NCBI GenBank assembly: GCA_030390025.1
Contig: CM059450.1
Span: 16,740,001-16,804,000, forward strand
Source of the DNA: Squalus acanthias
Taxonomy: Eukaryota
Direction of reading: 5' to 3'
DNA: 64,000 nucleotides
Of this stretch, positions 1-13,160 are shown piece by piece (the stretch's first letter is position 1; each line of letters opens with the position of its first letter). The notes below the pieces were generated by a model. The model did no database searches and was not told where the DNA came from. It saw nothing but the letters and a program-made list of their open reading frames with translations. Made by a program: the position numbers and the translations under genes.

Positions 1-227
1 GTAAGAAGTGAAAATGGTGTGGTAGAGGGTGTGTTCTGAGGTTGATTTATGGCAAATGTGTGGGCTAGAGAAGAGGGAGAATTACTGTGCACCTAATCCA
101 CACTCAGTATAACCTGGGAGATGATGCTGACATTGGAGACTAAATGTGGAGCAGTGTCCCATTTCTTAAACATTCCTCACATTAGTGTGTAAAAGCGTCC
201 ACTTTTACCCCTCACCTCACCATTACC

Positions 228-795
228 TTGAGGTACCACCGACGCTGCCTCCGCAAGATCCTGCAAATCCATTGGCAGGATAGGCGCACCAACGTCGGTG
301 TTCTCGCTCAGGCCAGCATCGAAGCTTTGACCACGCTCGATCAGCTCCGATGGACGGGCCACATCGTCTGCATGCCCGATACGAGACTCCCAAAACAAGC
401 GCTCTACTCGGAGCTCCGACACGGCAAGAGAGCCCCAGGTGGGCAGAGGAAGCGCTTCAAACACACCCTCAAAGCCTCCTTGGAAAAAGTGCAACATCCC
501 CACCGACACCTGGGAATCCCTGGCCCAAGACCGCACAAAGTGGAGGAGAAGCATCCGGGAAGGCGCCGAACACCTCGAGTCTCTTCGCCGGGAGCAAGCG
601 GAAGCCAAGCGCAAACAGCGGAAGGAGCGCACGTCAACCCAAGCACCCCACCCACCCGCCCCTTCAACCACCGTCTGCCCCACCTGTGACAGAGACTGCA
701 GGTCCCGCATTGGACTCATCAGTCACCTGAAAACTCATTTTTAATGTGGAAGCAAGTCATCCTCGGTTCCGAGGGACTGCCTAAGAAGAAGAAGA
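228..795 (+). mobile_element. RTE-clade LINE 3' fragment (RT C-terminus and CCHH finger, (AAG)n tail), frameshifted
   Basis: YHRRCLRKILQIHW..LRWTGHIVCMPDTRLPKQALYSEL..GGQRKRFK, then CPTCDRDCRSRIGLISHLKTH; ends in aagaagaagaaga. Confidence 0.85.
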
Positions 796-2059
796 CCATG
801 CAGAGGAGTCTCTCCTTCAGGACCTCTTTTTAAAGTGTTCTGCTATTCGGGATCCTGTTTCTTTTTTCCCGGTTTGGACAAGGTTCCACAGGTGCTGGCT
901 TGCCTCTCATTCCTGCCCCAAGTGTCCATTCATAACATGCAAGCTATTCTTTCATCTGGAAATCGCAGCCCAGTGTGATTCTGTCCTCAACTGATGTTCT
1001 TGCGTGCACTGCCCAGCAGAGGTCACTAGATAGCAGTCAGAGGCAAGAAGGCTGGCTGGCCGCCCCTCTCCCTTGCAAAGGAGCACTGAGGCTGGTTCTA
1101 GTGCCTGAAATGCTGTATTAGCATGCAACCTCCTTTCTCCTCTGGTTCACAACAACACGTCTCGAGTAACCATGAGACTCTAGTGGAGTATACGGAACAG
1201 ACTTTATTGATCCACAGTAAAGGTGATCGGTCTTTAACTGTATACAGCGAGTAACTTTTTCGGTTTGTGTATCTTTTGAGTACACTCTGAGATACTGTTG
1301 AAAACTGTGATCCTTTATACACCATATTTTGACTGCATCAAAGGAAAATGTCATAGATAAGACTGTATGACGTATCTATTCCCAAACCCTTTGCAGACAG
1401 ACTATTCATGTAAACCGTTGTAGTTTGTTTACTTCAGAATGACTTCCCTTAAACAAGACCTCCTCAAATGGATTTGCTACCCCCATTTTATTACCCTAAC
1501 ACTAAGCTACGATTTATTACCTATACTTATTTCCTTACACAAGCACTTTACATATCAGAAGACAAGCAAAGCAATCCTTTTACAACACTTCTGGAAAGCC
1601 TGTTGCTTTAAGATACAAAGAAGTTCGACTGTTAACCCTTAACTCCACAAGATGTCCAACATACATCTTTCTAGGATGCCCAGCAAAGAGATGAACCACC
1701 ACCTTAAGCTCTTGTTAATTTGGATGGTTCAATTTCAAATGACAGTGCATTCATCTCTGTATATTTCCTCTTGTGGGGTGTCCAAAATTAGGGGGCCATA
1801 AATATAAGATAGTCACTAATAAATCCAATAGGGAATTCAGGAGAAACTTCTTTACCCAGAGAGTGGTGAGGATGTGGAACTCGCTACCACAGGGAGTGGT
1901 TGAGGCGAATAGCATAGATGCATTTAAGGGGGAAGCTAGATAAGCACATGAGAAAGTATTAGAAGGATATGTTGTCAGCTGTTACTCAGTATGGGCAATA
2001 AATGCTGGCATTGCCAGCAATGCCCTGATCACATAAACGAATACATGAAAAAAAAATCC

Positions 2060-2480
2060 TTACCTGAGTCAGAGGTTGTGGGTTCAAATCTAGGCTGACT
2101 CTCCAGTGCAGTACTGAGGGAGTGCTGCACTGTCGGAGGTGCCGTCTTTCGGATGAGACCTTAAACCGAGGCCCCGTCTGCTCTCTCAGGTGGACGTAAA
2201 AGATCCCATGGTACTATTTCGGAGAAGAGCAGGGGAGTTATCCCTGGTGTCCTGGCCAATATTTATCTGTCAATCAACATCACTAAAACAGAATATCTGG
2301 TCATTATCACATAGCTGTTTGTGGGAGCTTGCTGTGCGCAAAATTGGCTGCTGCATTTCCTACATTACAACAGTGACTACACTTCAAAAAAAAGTACTTA
2401 ATTGGCTTTAAAGTGCTTTGGGACATCTGGTGGTCGTGAAAGGTGTTCTATAAATGCAAGTCTTTCTTTCTTTCTTTCTT
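2060..2480 (+). mobile_element. DeuSINE / SacSINE1-like SINE
   Basis: Core ctccagtgcagtactgagggagtgctgcactgtcggaggtgccgtctttcggatgag with L2-like tail tataaatgcaagtc(tttc)n; about 10 copies in the window. Confidence 0.75.
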
Positions 2481-2534
2481 TCATAGTGTGAGATGAAGTA
2501 AATAGAGTGGGAAGAGGCTTGTGTGGTGCATAGG

Positions 2535-5190
2535 GAAGGTAAAAAGGAGGGGGGTGTAATTATTGATCAAAGAAACTGTTATAGCACTGGAGAGGGATGA
2601 TGTATGTGAGGTCAAAGGTAGAATCTGTTTGGTTAGAATTGTGGAATAATAGAGGAGCGATTACGCTACTGGGTGTATACTATAGGCCACCTGTAGCATA
2701 GTGGGAAGGAGACAGAGGAGCAAATTTGTAGGCAACTTACAGAAAGATGCAAGAACTTTAGAGTAGTGATAATGGGGAAGTTCAATTATCTGAATATAGA
2801 CTGGCAAACTAACAGTGTAACGGACAAAGAGGGGGAGGAATACTGAAATGTGTACAAGAGACCTTTTCTTGATCAGTGTGTTTCCAGCCCAATGAGGAGG
2901 GAAGCAGTGCTGGATCTAGTTCTGGGGAATGAAGTGGGGCAAGTGGAGCACGTTTCAATGGGAGAGCATTTGGGGAACAGTGATCATAATATCATCAGGT
3001 TTAGAATAGTGGCCCAGGTGGATTGGTAGGCAACACAGTAATTGAACATTGTGAGGCCTTCAAAGAGGAGATGGTTCGGGTACAGAATAGACACATTCCC
3101 ATGAAGGGGAAAGGAAGGGCTTGCAAAGCTAGATCTCCCTGGATGACAAATGATATAAAGATTAAAACGAGACAGAAAAAAGAGGCTTATGACAGATGTA
3201 AGGTACTTCTCTTCTTCTTAGGCAGTCCCTCGGAACCGAGGATGACTTGCTTCCACGCTGAAAATGAGTTCTCAGGGTGACTGATGAGTCCAATGCGGGA
3301 CCTACAATCTCTGTCACAAATGGGGCAGAGGGTGGTTGAAGGGGCGGGTGGGTGGGATGCTTGGGTTGACGTGCGCTCCTTCCACTGTTTGCGCGTGGCT
3401 GCCGCTTGCTCCCGGCGAAGAGACTCGAGGTGTTCGGCGCCTTCCCGGATGCTTCTCCTCCACTTTGTGCGGTCTTTGGCCAGGGATTCCCAGGCGTCGG
3501 AGCAGATGTTGCACTTTTTCAAGGAGGCTTTGAGGGTGTCCTTGAAGCGTTTCCTCTGCCCACCTGGGGCTCTTCTGCCGTGTCGGAGCTCCGAGTAGAG
3601 CACTTGTTTTGGAAGTCTCGTATCGGGCATGCAGACGATGTGGCCCATCCATCGGAGCTGATCGAGCATGGTCAAAGCTTCGATGCTGGGGATGGTGGCC
3701 TGAGCAAGAACACTGACGTTGGTGCGCCTATCCTGCCAATGGTTTTCAGGATCTTGCGGAGGCAGCGTTGGTGGTACCTCTCCAGTGCTTTGAGGTGCCT
3801 GCTGTACATGGTCCATGTCTCTGAGGCATACAGGAGGGCGGGAATCACTACTGCTCTGTAGACCATGAGCTTGGTGCCGGGTTTGAGGTCCTGGTCTTCA
3901 AACACTCTCTTCCTCAGGCGACCGAAGGCTGCACTGGCACACTGAAGGCGGTACAGAATAGACACATTCCCATGAGGGGGAAAGAAAGGGCATGCAAAGC
4001 TAGATCTCCTTGGATGACAAACGATATAAAGATTAAAATGAGACAGGAAAAGGAGGCTTATGACAGATGTAAGGTACATAATACAGTAGAAAACCAATCT
4101 CAATATAGAAAGTAAAGAGGGGATCTAAAAAAGGAATGAGGGGCAGAGAGAGTGTATGAGAATAGATTAACATAAAGAGAACCCAGAAGTCTTTTATAAA
4201 CATATAAGTAGTAAGAGGGTAGTCAAAAGAAGAGTGGGGCTGATTAGGGACCAAAAAGGATATATTCTTGTGGAGACAGAGGGCATGGCTGAGGTATTAC
4301 ATGAGTACTTTGCATCTGTGTTCACTGGAGAAGAGGATGCTGCCAATGTAGCAGTAAAGGAGGTGGCAGTAGTGATTATTGGATAGGATAAAAATAGATA
4401 AAGAGAAGGTACTTAAAAGATTGGCAGTCCTCAAAGTAAAAAAGCCACTCGGTCCAGATGGGATGCATCCTAGGTTACTGAGGGAAGTAAGGGTTGAATT
4501 TGTGGAGGCTCTGGCCACAATCTTCCAATCCTCCTTAGATATGGGGGTGGTGCCAGTAGACTAGAGGATTGCAAATGTTCCACCCCATTTAAAAAAGGGG
4601 AGAGGGATAACCCCGACAATTATAGGCCAGTCAGCCTAATGCCGTTGGTTAGATCTCAGCTGGAGTATTGTGTTCAATTCTGAACACCACACTTTAGGAA
4701 GGATGTCAAGGCCTTAGAGATGGTACAGAAGAGATTTACTAGAATGGTTCCAGGGATGAGGGATTTAAGTTATGTGGAGAGACTGGAGAAGCTGGGATTG
4801 TTCTCCTTAGAGCAGAGAAGGTTAAGAGGAGATTTAATAACTCTGTTCAAAATCATGAACAGTTTTGATAGAGTAAATAAGGAGAAACTGTTTCCAGTGG
4901 CAGGAGGGTCGGTAATCAGAGGACACAGATTTAAGGTGATTGGCAAAAGAACCAGAGGCGACATGAGGAAACATTTTTTTTTACACAGCGAGTTGTTGTG
5001 ATCTGGAACGCGCTGCCTGAAAGGGCGGTGGAAGCAGATTCAATAGTAACTTTCAAAAGGGAATTGGATAAATACTTGAAGGGAAAAAAATTGTAGAGCT
5101 ATGACGAAAGAGCAGGGGGGAGTAGGACTAATTGGATAGTCTACTAAAGAGCCGGCACAGGCACGAAGGGCTGAATGGTCTCCTTCTGTG
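2535..5190 (+). mobile_element. Degenerate CR1 LINE ORF2 (EN to RT, internally deleted), interrupted by an RTE
   Basis: LKVKKPLGPDGMHPRLLRE; VQKRFTRMVPGMRDLSYVERLEKLGLFSLEQRRLRGDLI; typical CR1 3' UTR. Confidence 0.85.
3207..3949 (-). mobile_element. RTE-clade LINE 3' fragment with 128-bp TSD
   Basis: AFGRLRKRVF..VYRAVVIPALLYASETWT..LRWMGHIVCMPDTRLPKQ; flanks 3079-3206 and 3950-4077 are direct repeats. Confidence 0.9.
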
Positions 5191-6259
5191 CTCCGTCCGT
5201 CCTTCCTTGCTTCCTTCCATCATTCCATCACTGGCATAGACCTGTTGGGCCGAATGGCCTGTTTCTGTGCTGTAAATTCTATATAATGTAGGAATGCAGC
5301 TGCAGGCCTCTCTCAATTGTCTTGGCGAGATTAAATAAAATGTTTTCCTTACCTCAATGGTTTCAGCTTGCCACAGGGATCCCTGCTGACCCTCTGGTTA
5401 GTGGAAGGTCCGAGGCTAGGCCCTTGCCACAGATCTTCACAGGTATCGTCTGCTGGGATGGCCCAAAAAGGGGACATATCGGAAAACGGGGCGGGAGGCT
5501 GGGAACGCTTCCCTTCCACCTCATTAAAACGCCAGCGCTGGGTCTGCTCCTGCTACAAGTTACTCGCCTTGGGAAAGCCCCAGGAAATCTCGGGGCAGCC
5601 GAATGGGAGCGGAGATCTGACCTAACGGGTCCACGCCCCCTTTCCCCGCTTCCCTGCGCCCGAAGAACGCCGATGAAACCTCCTTCAAATGCTCACTGTA
5701 AGATAAGAAAATAATTTGTACTCCAAACTTTTTAGCAGGTGATGTGGCTGCACAGCAGGGCGAGCTGTCTTCATTTAGCCCCGCAGATCCTGCAGTTTGA
5801 GCCCGGTAACTGTTCCTAGGTCAATTTGTTACTGATGGTCCTTCTTTTGAAATGGAAATGTTAGTCTATGAACACTATAGAACATTGCACTGGGGGATGA
5901 ACTCTAGGCAAACTATTTACCCGAATAAATCTCTCAGGCTGCTGGTTCTCTATTTTTGCACTTGCTTTGCCACGGAGGTGAGATGTCGACCCAGAATTCA
6001 GAGCCAGGACTGTTTGGTGCGGGGTTCGAACCCTGCACCTATCTGACTTCAAGTTGGGAATGCTACCATTAAGCCAAAGGCTCACTCCTGAGTGGCACTG
6101 ATACAGTTCCAGTTAGGATTGAAGGCTGTGGGTTGTAAAGAAGAAAAATAGTTACATTTAAGAGATTTTTCAGGTCACAATGTTTTCTTAAAGGACTTTG
6201 TGAAAAGGAATGCACCAATTTATTTTGTTTTCAAATACGTGTAACGGTAGAAAGCTGCC

Positions 6260-6670
6260 TCAACAGCAACTTGCATTTCTAAAGCACCTTTTAATAAACA
6301 TCAAAGTACACTTCACATTGGTGTAAGAGAGGTAGAAGGAAGGAAGTCGACTGAAAGCAAGGTTCCAAAAAATGTTGAGGCTTTTAAAAGCAGGGAGAGA
6401 AGTAGCAAGGTGCAGGGGTTTAAGGAGGGAGTTCCAGAGAGTTTGGCCGAGGTGGATGAAGATTCTGCCACCGATGGAGAAGCAGAGGCAGGAGGATGCA
6501 CAGGAGGCCTGAGTTGCTGAGCCGAAGGTCATGGTTGGATTGTCGGGCTGGAGGAGTTTGTAGAGCTGGAGTGGGGTGAGGCCACAGGAGTGATTTGTAG
6601 ACCAGGACAAGGATTTTGACTTCAGTGAATTGGGAGCAGGGGAGTTAGTGGAGATTAGTGAGGACAAGGG
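6260..6670 (-). mobile_element. Old L2-type LINE 3' fragment
   Basis: Diverged match to the L2 tails at 7940 and 18303 (TLWNSL motif; gcaacttgcatttctaaagcacc end). Confidence 0.55.
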
Positions 6671-7934
6671 TGATGGGCAGAAGGTTAGGGGCCAGGAAGA
6701 CTATGGGTGGCAGAGGCTGGAGAACACAGAAGTTGAGGAGGAAAGCAGGAATTGCTGGGAGGGGTAGAGGAACTCGGACCCAAGGTGGCAGCCAATACGC
6801 ATATGCAAGTGGACACAGCAATACTGGCTATAGAGAAAACTAAACATGGCAAAGCAAGAGCATAGAGTCGGACGCGAAGCGGGAAAGGGGGCGTGGACCC
6901 GTTAGGAAACAGCAGCCTAAAGTGGGAGTCTGGGTCAGATCGATTGGTGGATTGTCCTGGCTTGTCTAGTGGCTCAAAAGTATTGTGGCAGTAAGGGGTC
7001 AGAGCCCGATTTCTGGTTGAGAAGAGCGGACGTGGGCAGTGGGTGATCTGAGGCTGCCCAGTGTTTGGCAGTTCAAGGTTCGGGCAATCTCTGATTGATC
7101 TGCGGAAGACATGGGTAAAACCAGGGTAGACTCATAGTCATAACAGCACTAAAGGAGGCCATTCGGCCCATCGAGTCCGTGCCGGCTCTCTAGAGCAATC
7201 CAGTCAGTCCCATTCCCCCGTAGCCCTGCAAGTTTATTTCCCTCACGTGCTTATCCAGTCTCCCCTTGAAAACATTGAGTGTCTCCGCTTTCACCACTTC
7301 CATCGACCGCAAGTTCCAGGTCCTCACCACTCGCTGCGTAAAAAAGATTTTCCTCACATCCCCCCTGTATCTCTTGCCCAAACCTTAAATCTGTGTCCCG
7401 TAGTCCTTGTACCATCAACTAGTGGGAACAGCCTTTCCCCATCTAGTCTATCCAAACCCGTCATAATCTTGTACACCTCTATCAAATCACCCCTCAACCT
7501 CCTTTGCTCTAATAAAAACAAATGCAGCTTCTCCAACCTGTCCTTGTAGCTAAAATCCCCCATCCCCAGAACCATTCTGGTAAATCTCCTCTGCACCCTC
7601 TCAAGGGCCTTCACATCCTTCCTAAAGTGTGGTGACCAGAACTGGACGCAATACTCCAGTTGTGGCCTAACCAGCGCTTTGTAAAGGTTCAGCATAACTT
7701 CTCTACTTTTGTACTCAATACCTCTATTTATGAAGCCCAAGATCCCATATGCTTTGCTAACCACTCTCTCAATATGTCCCGCCACCTTCAGGGACCTATG
7801 CACATTAACTCCCAGTTCCCTCTGTCCCTGCACACTCTTTAAAACTGTGCCATTAAATGATTATTGTGTCTCCCTGTTCCTTCTGCCAAAATGTATCACT
7901 TCACACTTCTCTGTATTAAAAGCTCTGTATTATA

Positions 7935-8428
7935 AACATCCAAAACCCATCTGCCCATGTCCTAACCCGCACCAAGTCCCGTTCACCCATCACCCCTGTG
8001 CTCACTGACCTACATTGGCTCCCGGTTAAGTAGCGCCTCGATTTCAAAATTCTTATCCTTGTTTTTAAATCCCTCCATGGCCTTGCCCCTCCCTATCTCT
8101 AATCTCCTCCAGCCCCACAACCCCCCCGAGATATCTGCGCTCCGCTCATTCTGGCCTCTTGAGCATCCCTGATTATAATCGCTCAACCATTGGTGGTCGT
8201 GTCTTCTGTTGCCAAGGCCCTAAGCTCTGGAATTCCCTGCCTAAACCTGTCCGCCTCGCTACCTCTCTTTCCTCCTTTAAGATGCTCCTTAAAACCAACC
8301 TCTTTCACCTGCCCTAATATATCCTTATGCGGATCGGTGTCAAATTTGTTGTCTTAAAATACTCCTGTGAAGCGCCTTGGGATGTTTTACTACGTTAAAG
8401 GCACTATATAAATACAAGTTGTTGTTGT
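7935..8428 (+). mobile_element. L2-type LINE 3' fragment inserted into the CR1 RT region
   Basis: cccatcacccctgtgctcactgacctacattggctccc...ggcactatataaatacaagttgttgttg tail; same family at 18303, 26150, 32195, 40485. Confidence 0.75.
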
Positions 8429-11150
8429 TAAATTCCATCTGCCACTTGTCTGCCCATTCTGCTAGCCTTTCTATGTCCTGTTGCAGTCGATTGGTATCAT
8501 CATCACTGTTTGCCACACCCCCAAGTTTGGTGTCATCGGCAAATTTAGAAATTCTACTCTGTATTCCAATATCCAGGTCATTAAATAGCAGTGGCCCCAG
8601 CACTGACCCTTGGGAAACACCACTGTCTACCATCCTCCAGTCTGAGAAACAACCATTTACCACAACTCGCTGTTTTCTGTCCTTAAGCCAATTCCTTATC
8701 CAAGCTGCCACTGATCCACTGAGCCTCAATTTTGTTAACCAGCCTTCTATGTGGTACTTTGTCAAACGCCTTCCTAAAACCCATGTAGACAACATCCATT
8801 GCATTCCATTCATCAATTCTCCGTTACTTCATCAAAAAATTCAATTCGATTAGTCAAACACGATCTGCCTTTTACAAATCCGTGTTGGCTCTCCTTAATT
8901 AGCTTAAACCTCTCCAAGTACCCGTTAATTTTTTCCTTGATTATTGTTTCTAAAATTTTACCCACCACTGATGTTAAACTGACCTGCCTGTAGTTACTAG
9001 GATTGTCCTTGCATCCTTTCTTGAACAATCGTGTCACATTTGCCACTTGCCAATCCTCAGGCACCTCCCCCACATCTAGGGAAGATTGGAAAATTATGGC
9101 AAGCTATCTCCTCCCCCAATTCCCTTAGCAACCTGGGATGCAAGCCATCTGGACCAGGCGACTTATCCACTCTAAGCATACCCAGTCTTTCTAGTACATC
9201 CTGTCTATAAATTTTCACCCCTTCCATTGCTTCTACCTTTTCCACTTCTACCGATATTTTGTCAGCATCCACCTCCTTAGTAAACACCGATACAAAGTAC
9301 GTATTGAGTATTCTATTCTTGCCCTGCGCCTCTAAGCATATATCACCTTCTTTGTCCCTAAAAGGCCCGCCTCTTACTACCCGCTTACTGTTTACATGCC
9401 GGTAGAAGATTTTTGGGTTCCCTTTTATGTTAACCGCCATTCTACTATCTTATTCTCTCTTTGCCAATCTTATTTTCATCTTCACTTCCCCTTTCAACTT
9501 ATTGTATTTGGTCTGGTTCTCCCTTGAAGAATTCACCTGACATTCATCATACACCTTTTTCTGTTTCATCATCTTCTCAATCTCCCTTGTCATCCAAGGA
9601 GCCCTTGCTTTGGTTCCCTTCCCTTCCCTCTTGTTGGAATGTACCTAGCCTGTACTTGGAACATCTCCTCCTTAAAGATCTCCCATTGTTCCGTTGCAGT
9701 TTTTCCTGTCATTCTTTGGTTCCATTTTACTCTGGCAGGATCCTTTCGCATCCCATTGAAGTTAGCCCTATTCCAGTTTAGAAGTTCCACTCTAGATTGT
9801 TCCTTGCTCCTCTCCATTGCTAATCTAAATCTTATGATACAATGATCACTCGTACCCAAGTGTTCTCCCACAGACACTTGGTCGACCTGGCCCACCTCAT
9901 TCCCCAGCACCAGATCCAGCAATGCCTCCTTCCTAGTTGGGCCAAGAATATACTGGTCAAGGAAATTCTCCTGAACACATTTCAGAAATTCCTCCCCCCG
10001 CCTTTCCCTTTACCCTAGCATTATCCCAATCGATATTTGGGTAATTAAAGTCCCCCAATATCACCACCCTATAGCTCTTGCATATCTCTGCGATTTCCCT
10101 GCAGATTTGCTCCTCTACCTCCCTCTCGCTATTTGGAGGCCGATAGAATACCCCCAATAGCATGATCATACCCTTTTTGCTCCTCAACTCTAACCAAATG
10201 GATTCTGTCCTTGTCCCCTCCAGAACATATTCCCTTTCCAACACTACAATGTCTTCCTTAATCAGCACTGCCACCCCACCTCCCTTTTTTCCTTCCCTAT
10301 CTTTTCTGAACACTTATACCCTTGAATATTAAGTGCCCAGTCCTCACCGTTTTTAAGCCACGTTTCTGTTATTGCCACAACATCATATTGCCACACTGCT
10401 AATTGTGCTTGTAGCTCCCCAACCTTATTCACCACACTTTGTGTGTTTACGTACATGCATTCTAAACCCATTTTTGAATTTTTCGTAGTCTTTCTTAGTC
10501 TGCTCCTATCTAATATGGTACTACTTCTGCCTCCAGCATTACCTTCTCCTCCAGTACCATCCAACACACTGACTCTTCCATGCACCCCATTCTCCCCTCC
10601 ACTCCTACATGCTGGTGCCCATCTCCCTGCCAAGCTAGTTTAAACCCTCCCCAACAGCACTAGCAAACTTCCCCGCGAGAATATTGGTCCTGGCTCTGTT
10701 GAGGTGTAACCCATCCGGCTTGTACAGGTCCCACATTTCCCAGAAATGGTCCCAATGCCTCAGGAATCCAAAGCCCTCCCTCCTGCACCATCTCTCCAGC
10801 ACCATCTCTCCAGCCACACATTCATCTGTTCTATCCTCCTATTCCTGTACTCACTAGCATGTGGCACCGGGAGTAATCCGGAGATTACTACCTTTTGAGG
10901 TCCTGCTTTTTAATCTCTTTCCTAGCTCCCTATAGTCTGCCTGCAGGTCCTCATCCCTCTTTCTGCCTATGTCGTTGGTACCGATATGGACAACGACCTC
11001 TGGCTGTTCACCCTCCCCCCTCAGAGTGTCCTGCAGCCGCTCAGTGACATCCTTGACCCTGGCACCAGGGAGGCAACATACCATCCTGGAGTCATGTCTG
11101 CGTCCACAAGAACGCCTATCTGTTTCCCTAACCAATGAATCCCCTATCAC

Positions 11151-12119
11151 TAATACAAAAGCAAAATACTGCGGATGCTGGAAATCTGAAATAAGAGAAA
11201 ATGCTGGAAATACTCAGCAGGTCAGGCAACATCTGTGGAGAGAGAAACAGAGTTAATGGCCCAGAAATTGATCTCGCTCTGTTCCCGCGGGGGTAAGCCT
11301 TTCCCGCGATGTCTCACCTCGCTTATGCTTTTTCTGATCCAGCTCGCACGAAATTGATGTTCCAGACATCAGCTGTGCTGGGCTTGCGTATCCCAGCGGC
11401 GTAGTTAATTCGTGCGAGCTGTGGGATCACGTGACTCAGTTAGAGCCAATGGCAGCACACCATCTTCCATTCATAAGTCTCACAGCATGGCTGAGAGACT
11501 TATGAATCTTACACCCCCCCAAAATAACAGCTAAACCTCAATTAAATAAAAAAAAAAACCCATCACATTAATAAAATAAGTATAGTTAATTAAATGAACC
11601 ATTTTAAATAAAAAATTAAATTTTTGAAAAAATTTAAAATCTTTTAAAAAGTTATAAAAATAAACTTACCTGTCTTTAAAGTCTATAAAAAAGATATACC
11701 TGTAAAAAAAAATTCAAAAAAATACTTAATTCACTACTTACCTTCTTAAAAGCGGGTCTTACTCCTTTTTACATTTCCAAAATCTTCAGTACTTACCTGC
11801 GCGTCCAAAGCATGAAGTGCACAGCGTGCGCGCAGCCTGTAGCGCGCACGCGATGCACTCCGGCCCCGCCCCCTTTTCGGAAGAGCAATTGCCGGTTTTC
11901 AGCGCATGCGCAGGGCATGCAGAAAACCGGCAATTGGAGTGGGAATACGCGAGAGTATGCAGTGCGTACTCTCGCGTCCCGGGATCAATTTTCGGCCCAA
12001 TGTTTCAGGTCGATGAACTCTGACGAAGGGTCATCGACCTGAAACGTTAACTCTGTTTCTCTCTCCACAGATGTTGCCTGACCTGCTGAGTATTTCCAGC
12101 ATTTTCTCTCTTTATTTCC
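11151..12119. mobile_element. Inverted pair of Penelope-like terminal repeats inserted in CR1 ORF1, itself interrupted by a MITE
   Basis: TSD aatcccctatcac at 11138-11150 and 12120-12132; arms 11195-11257 and 12045-12112 are reverse complements and match the 3' end of the Penelope element at 63570-63670. Confidence 0.85.
11258..11998. mobile_element. PIF/Harbinger-like MITE
   Basis: TIRs GGCCCAGAAATTGATC / GATCAATTTTCGGCCC, 3-bp TSD AAT, AT-rich core, no ORF. Confidence 0.8.
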
Positions 12120-12846
12120 AATCCCCTATCACACTTGCTCTTCCACTCTTCTTCCTCCCCCCCCTGTGCAGCAGAACCACCCGTGGTGCCTTGGCCTTGG
12201 CTCTGGCTGGTTTCCCCAGAGGAGCCATCATCCCCACCAGTTTGCAGAACTGTGAACCGGTTAGTGAACGAGATGCACTCTGGGGATTCCTGCCCTACTT
12301 GCCTGGTCCTCCTTCTCTGTCTGGTGGTCACCCATTCCCTCTCTGCCTGCACATTCTGAGGCTGCGGGGTGACCACTTCTAGAAACGTGCTTTCCATGTA
12401 TTTCTCAGCCTCGCGGATGCACTGTAGTGACTCCAGCTGCTGCTCAAGCTCTGAAACCCGGAGCTCGAGTTGCTGCAGTTGGCGACACTTCCTGCACACG
12501 TGGTCATCCAGGCCACAAGAAGCGTCCAGGATATCCCACATGGCACAGGATGTGCAAATCACGGGACTGAGCTGCCCTGCCATGCCTCTATTTACCAAAC
12601 TATGGAGGTAATTTAGCAGAAATAAACTTAACAAGAAACACTCAACAGCTACCCACCAATCAGCACCTCCCTCTATTAGATAGGCTATGAACTACTTAGC
12701 AGAAATATACTGAAAACAGAACAAAAAAAACTTACCACAAATACTCACCCGATACTCACCTCTCCGCTCCCTTGTCCCAGCGACACCTTTTAATTCTGAC
12801 ATCACTCCTTCGTTGTGTCGCTTGCCGACTGTCTCCCTCGCAGGCA

Positions 12847-13160
12847 GTCCGCTCGCTCAGACTCCCAGGTCTCTGCTCCGCGCTGCCTTTATCCCCGGTC
12901 TCCGACTCCGTTCCTCCCACAGGTCCGCTCGCTCAGACTCCCAGGTCTCTGCTCCGCGTTGCCTTTATCCCCGGTCTCTGACTCCGTTCCTCTCTCAGGT
13001 CCGCTCGCTCAGACTCCCAGGTCTCTGTTCCGCGCTGCCTTTATACCCGGTCTCCGACTCCGTTCCTCCCACAGGTCCGCTCTCTTAGACTCCCAGGTCT
13101 CTGCTCCGCGCTGCCTTTATCCCCGGTCTCCGACTCCGTTCCTCCCGCAGGTCCGCTCAC
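12847..13160. repeat. 76-bp tandem repeat (about 4.2 units) at the CR1 5' end
   Basis: gtccgct recurs at 12847, 12923, 12999, 13075 and 13151. Confidence 0.95.

Larger units (their letters stand above)
7120..13160 (-). mobile_element. Near full-length CR1 LINE: 5' tandem monomers, ORF1 (zinc finger, coiled coil, SGNH esterase), ORF2 (APE endonuclease, RT); degenerate, with nested insertions
   Basis: ORF1 CTSCAMW..CRKC..LELRVSELEQQL; IGDSLVR..VVHIGTNDIG. ORF2 YDVVAITETWL, FYRPPN, GDFNYP, LDLVLGN..SDH, SPGPDGLHPR, QGSVLGP, FADDTKL, RRLRGDL. Confidence 0.9.

Noticed and set aside
12847-13160. CRISPR-like array
   Set aside because: Head-to-tail units with no unique spacers, in a eukaryotic context
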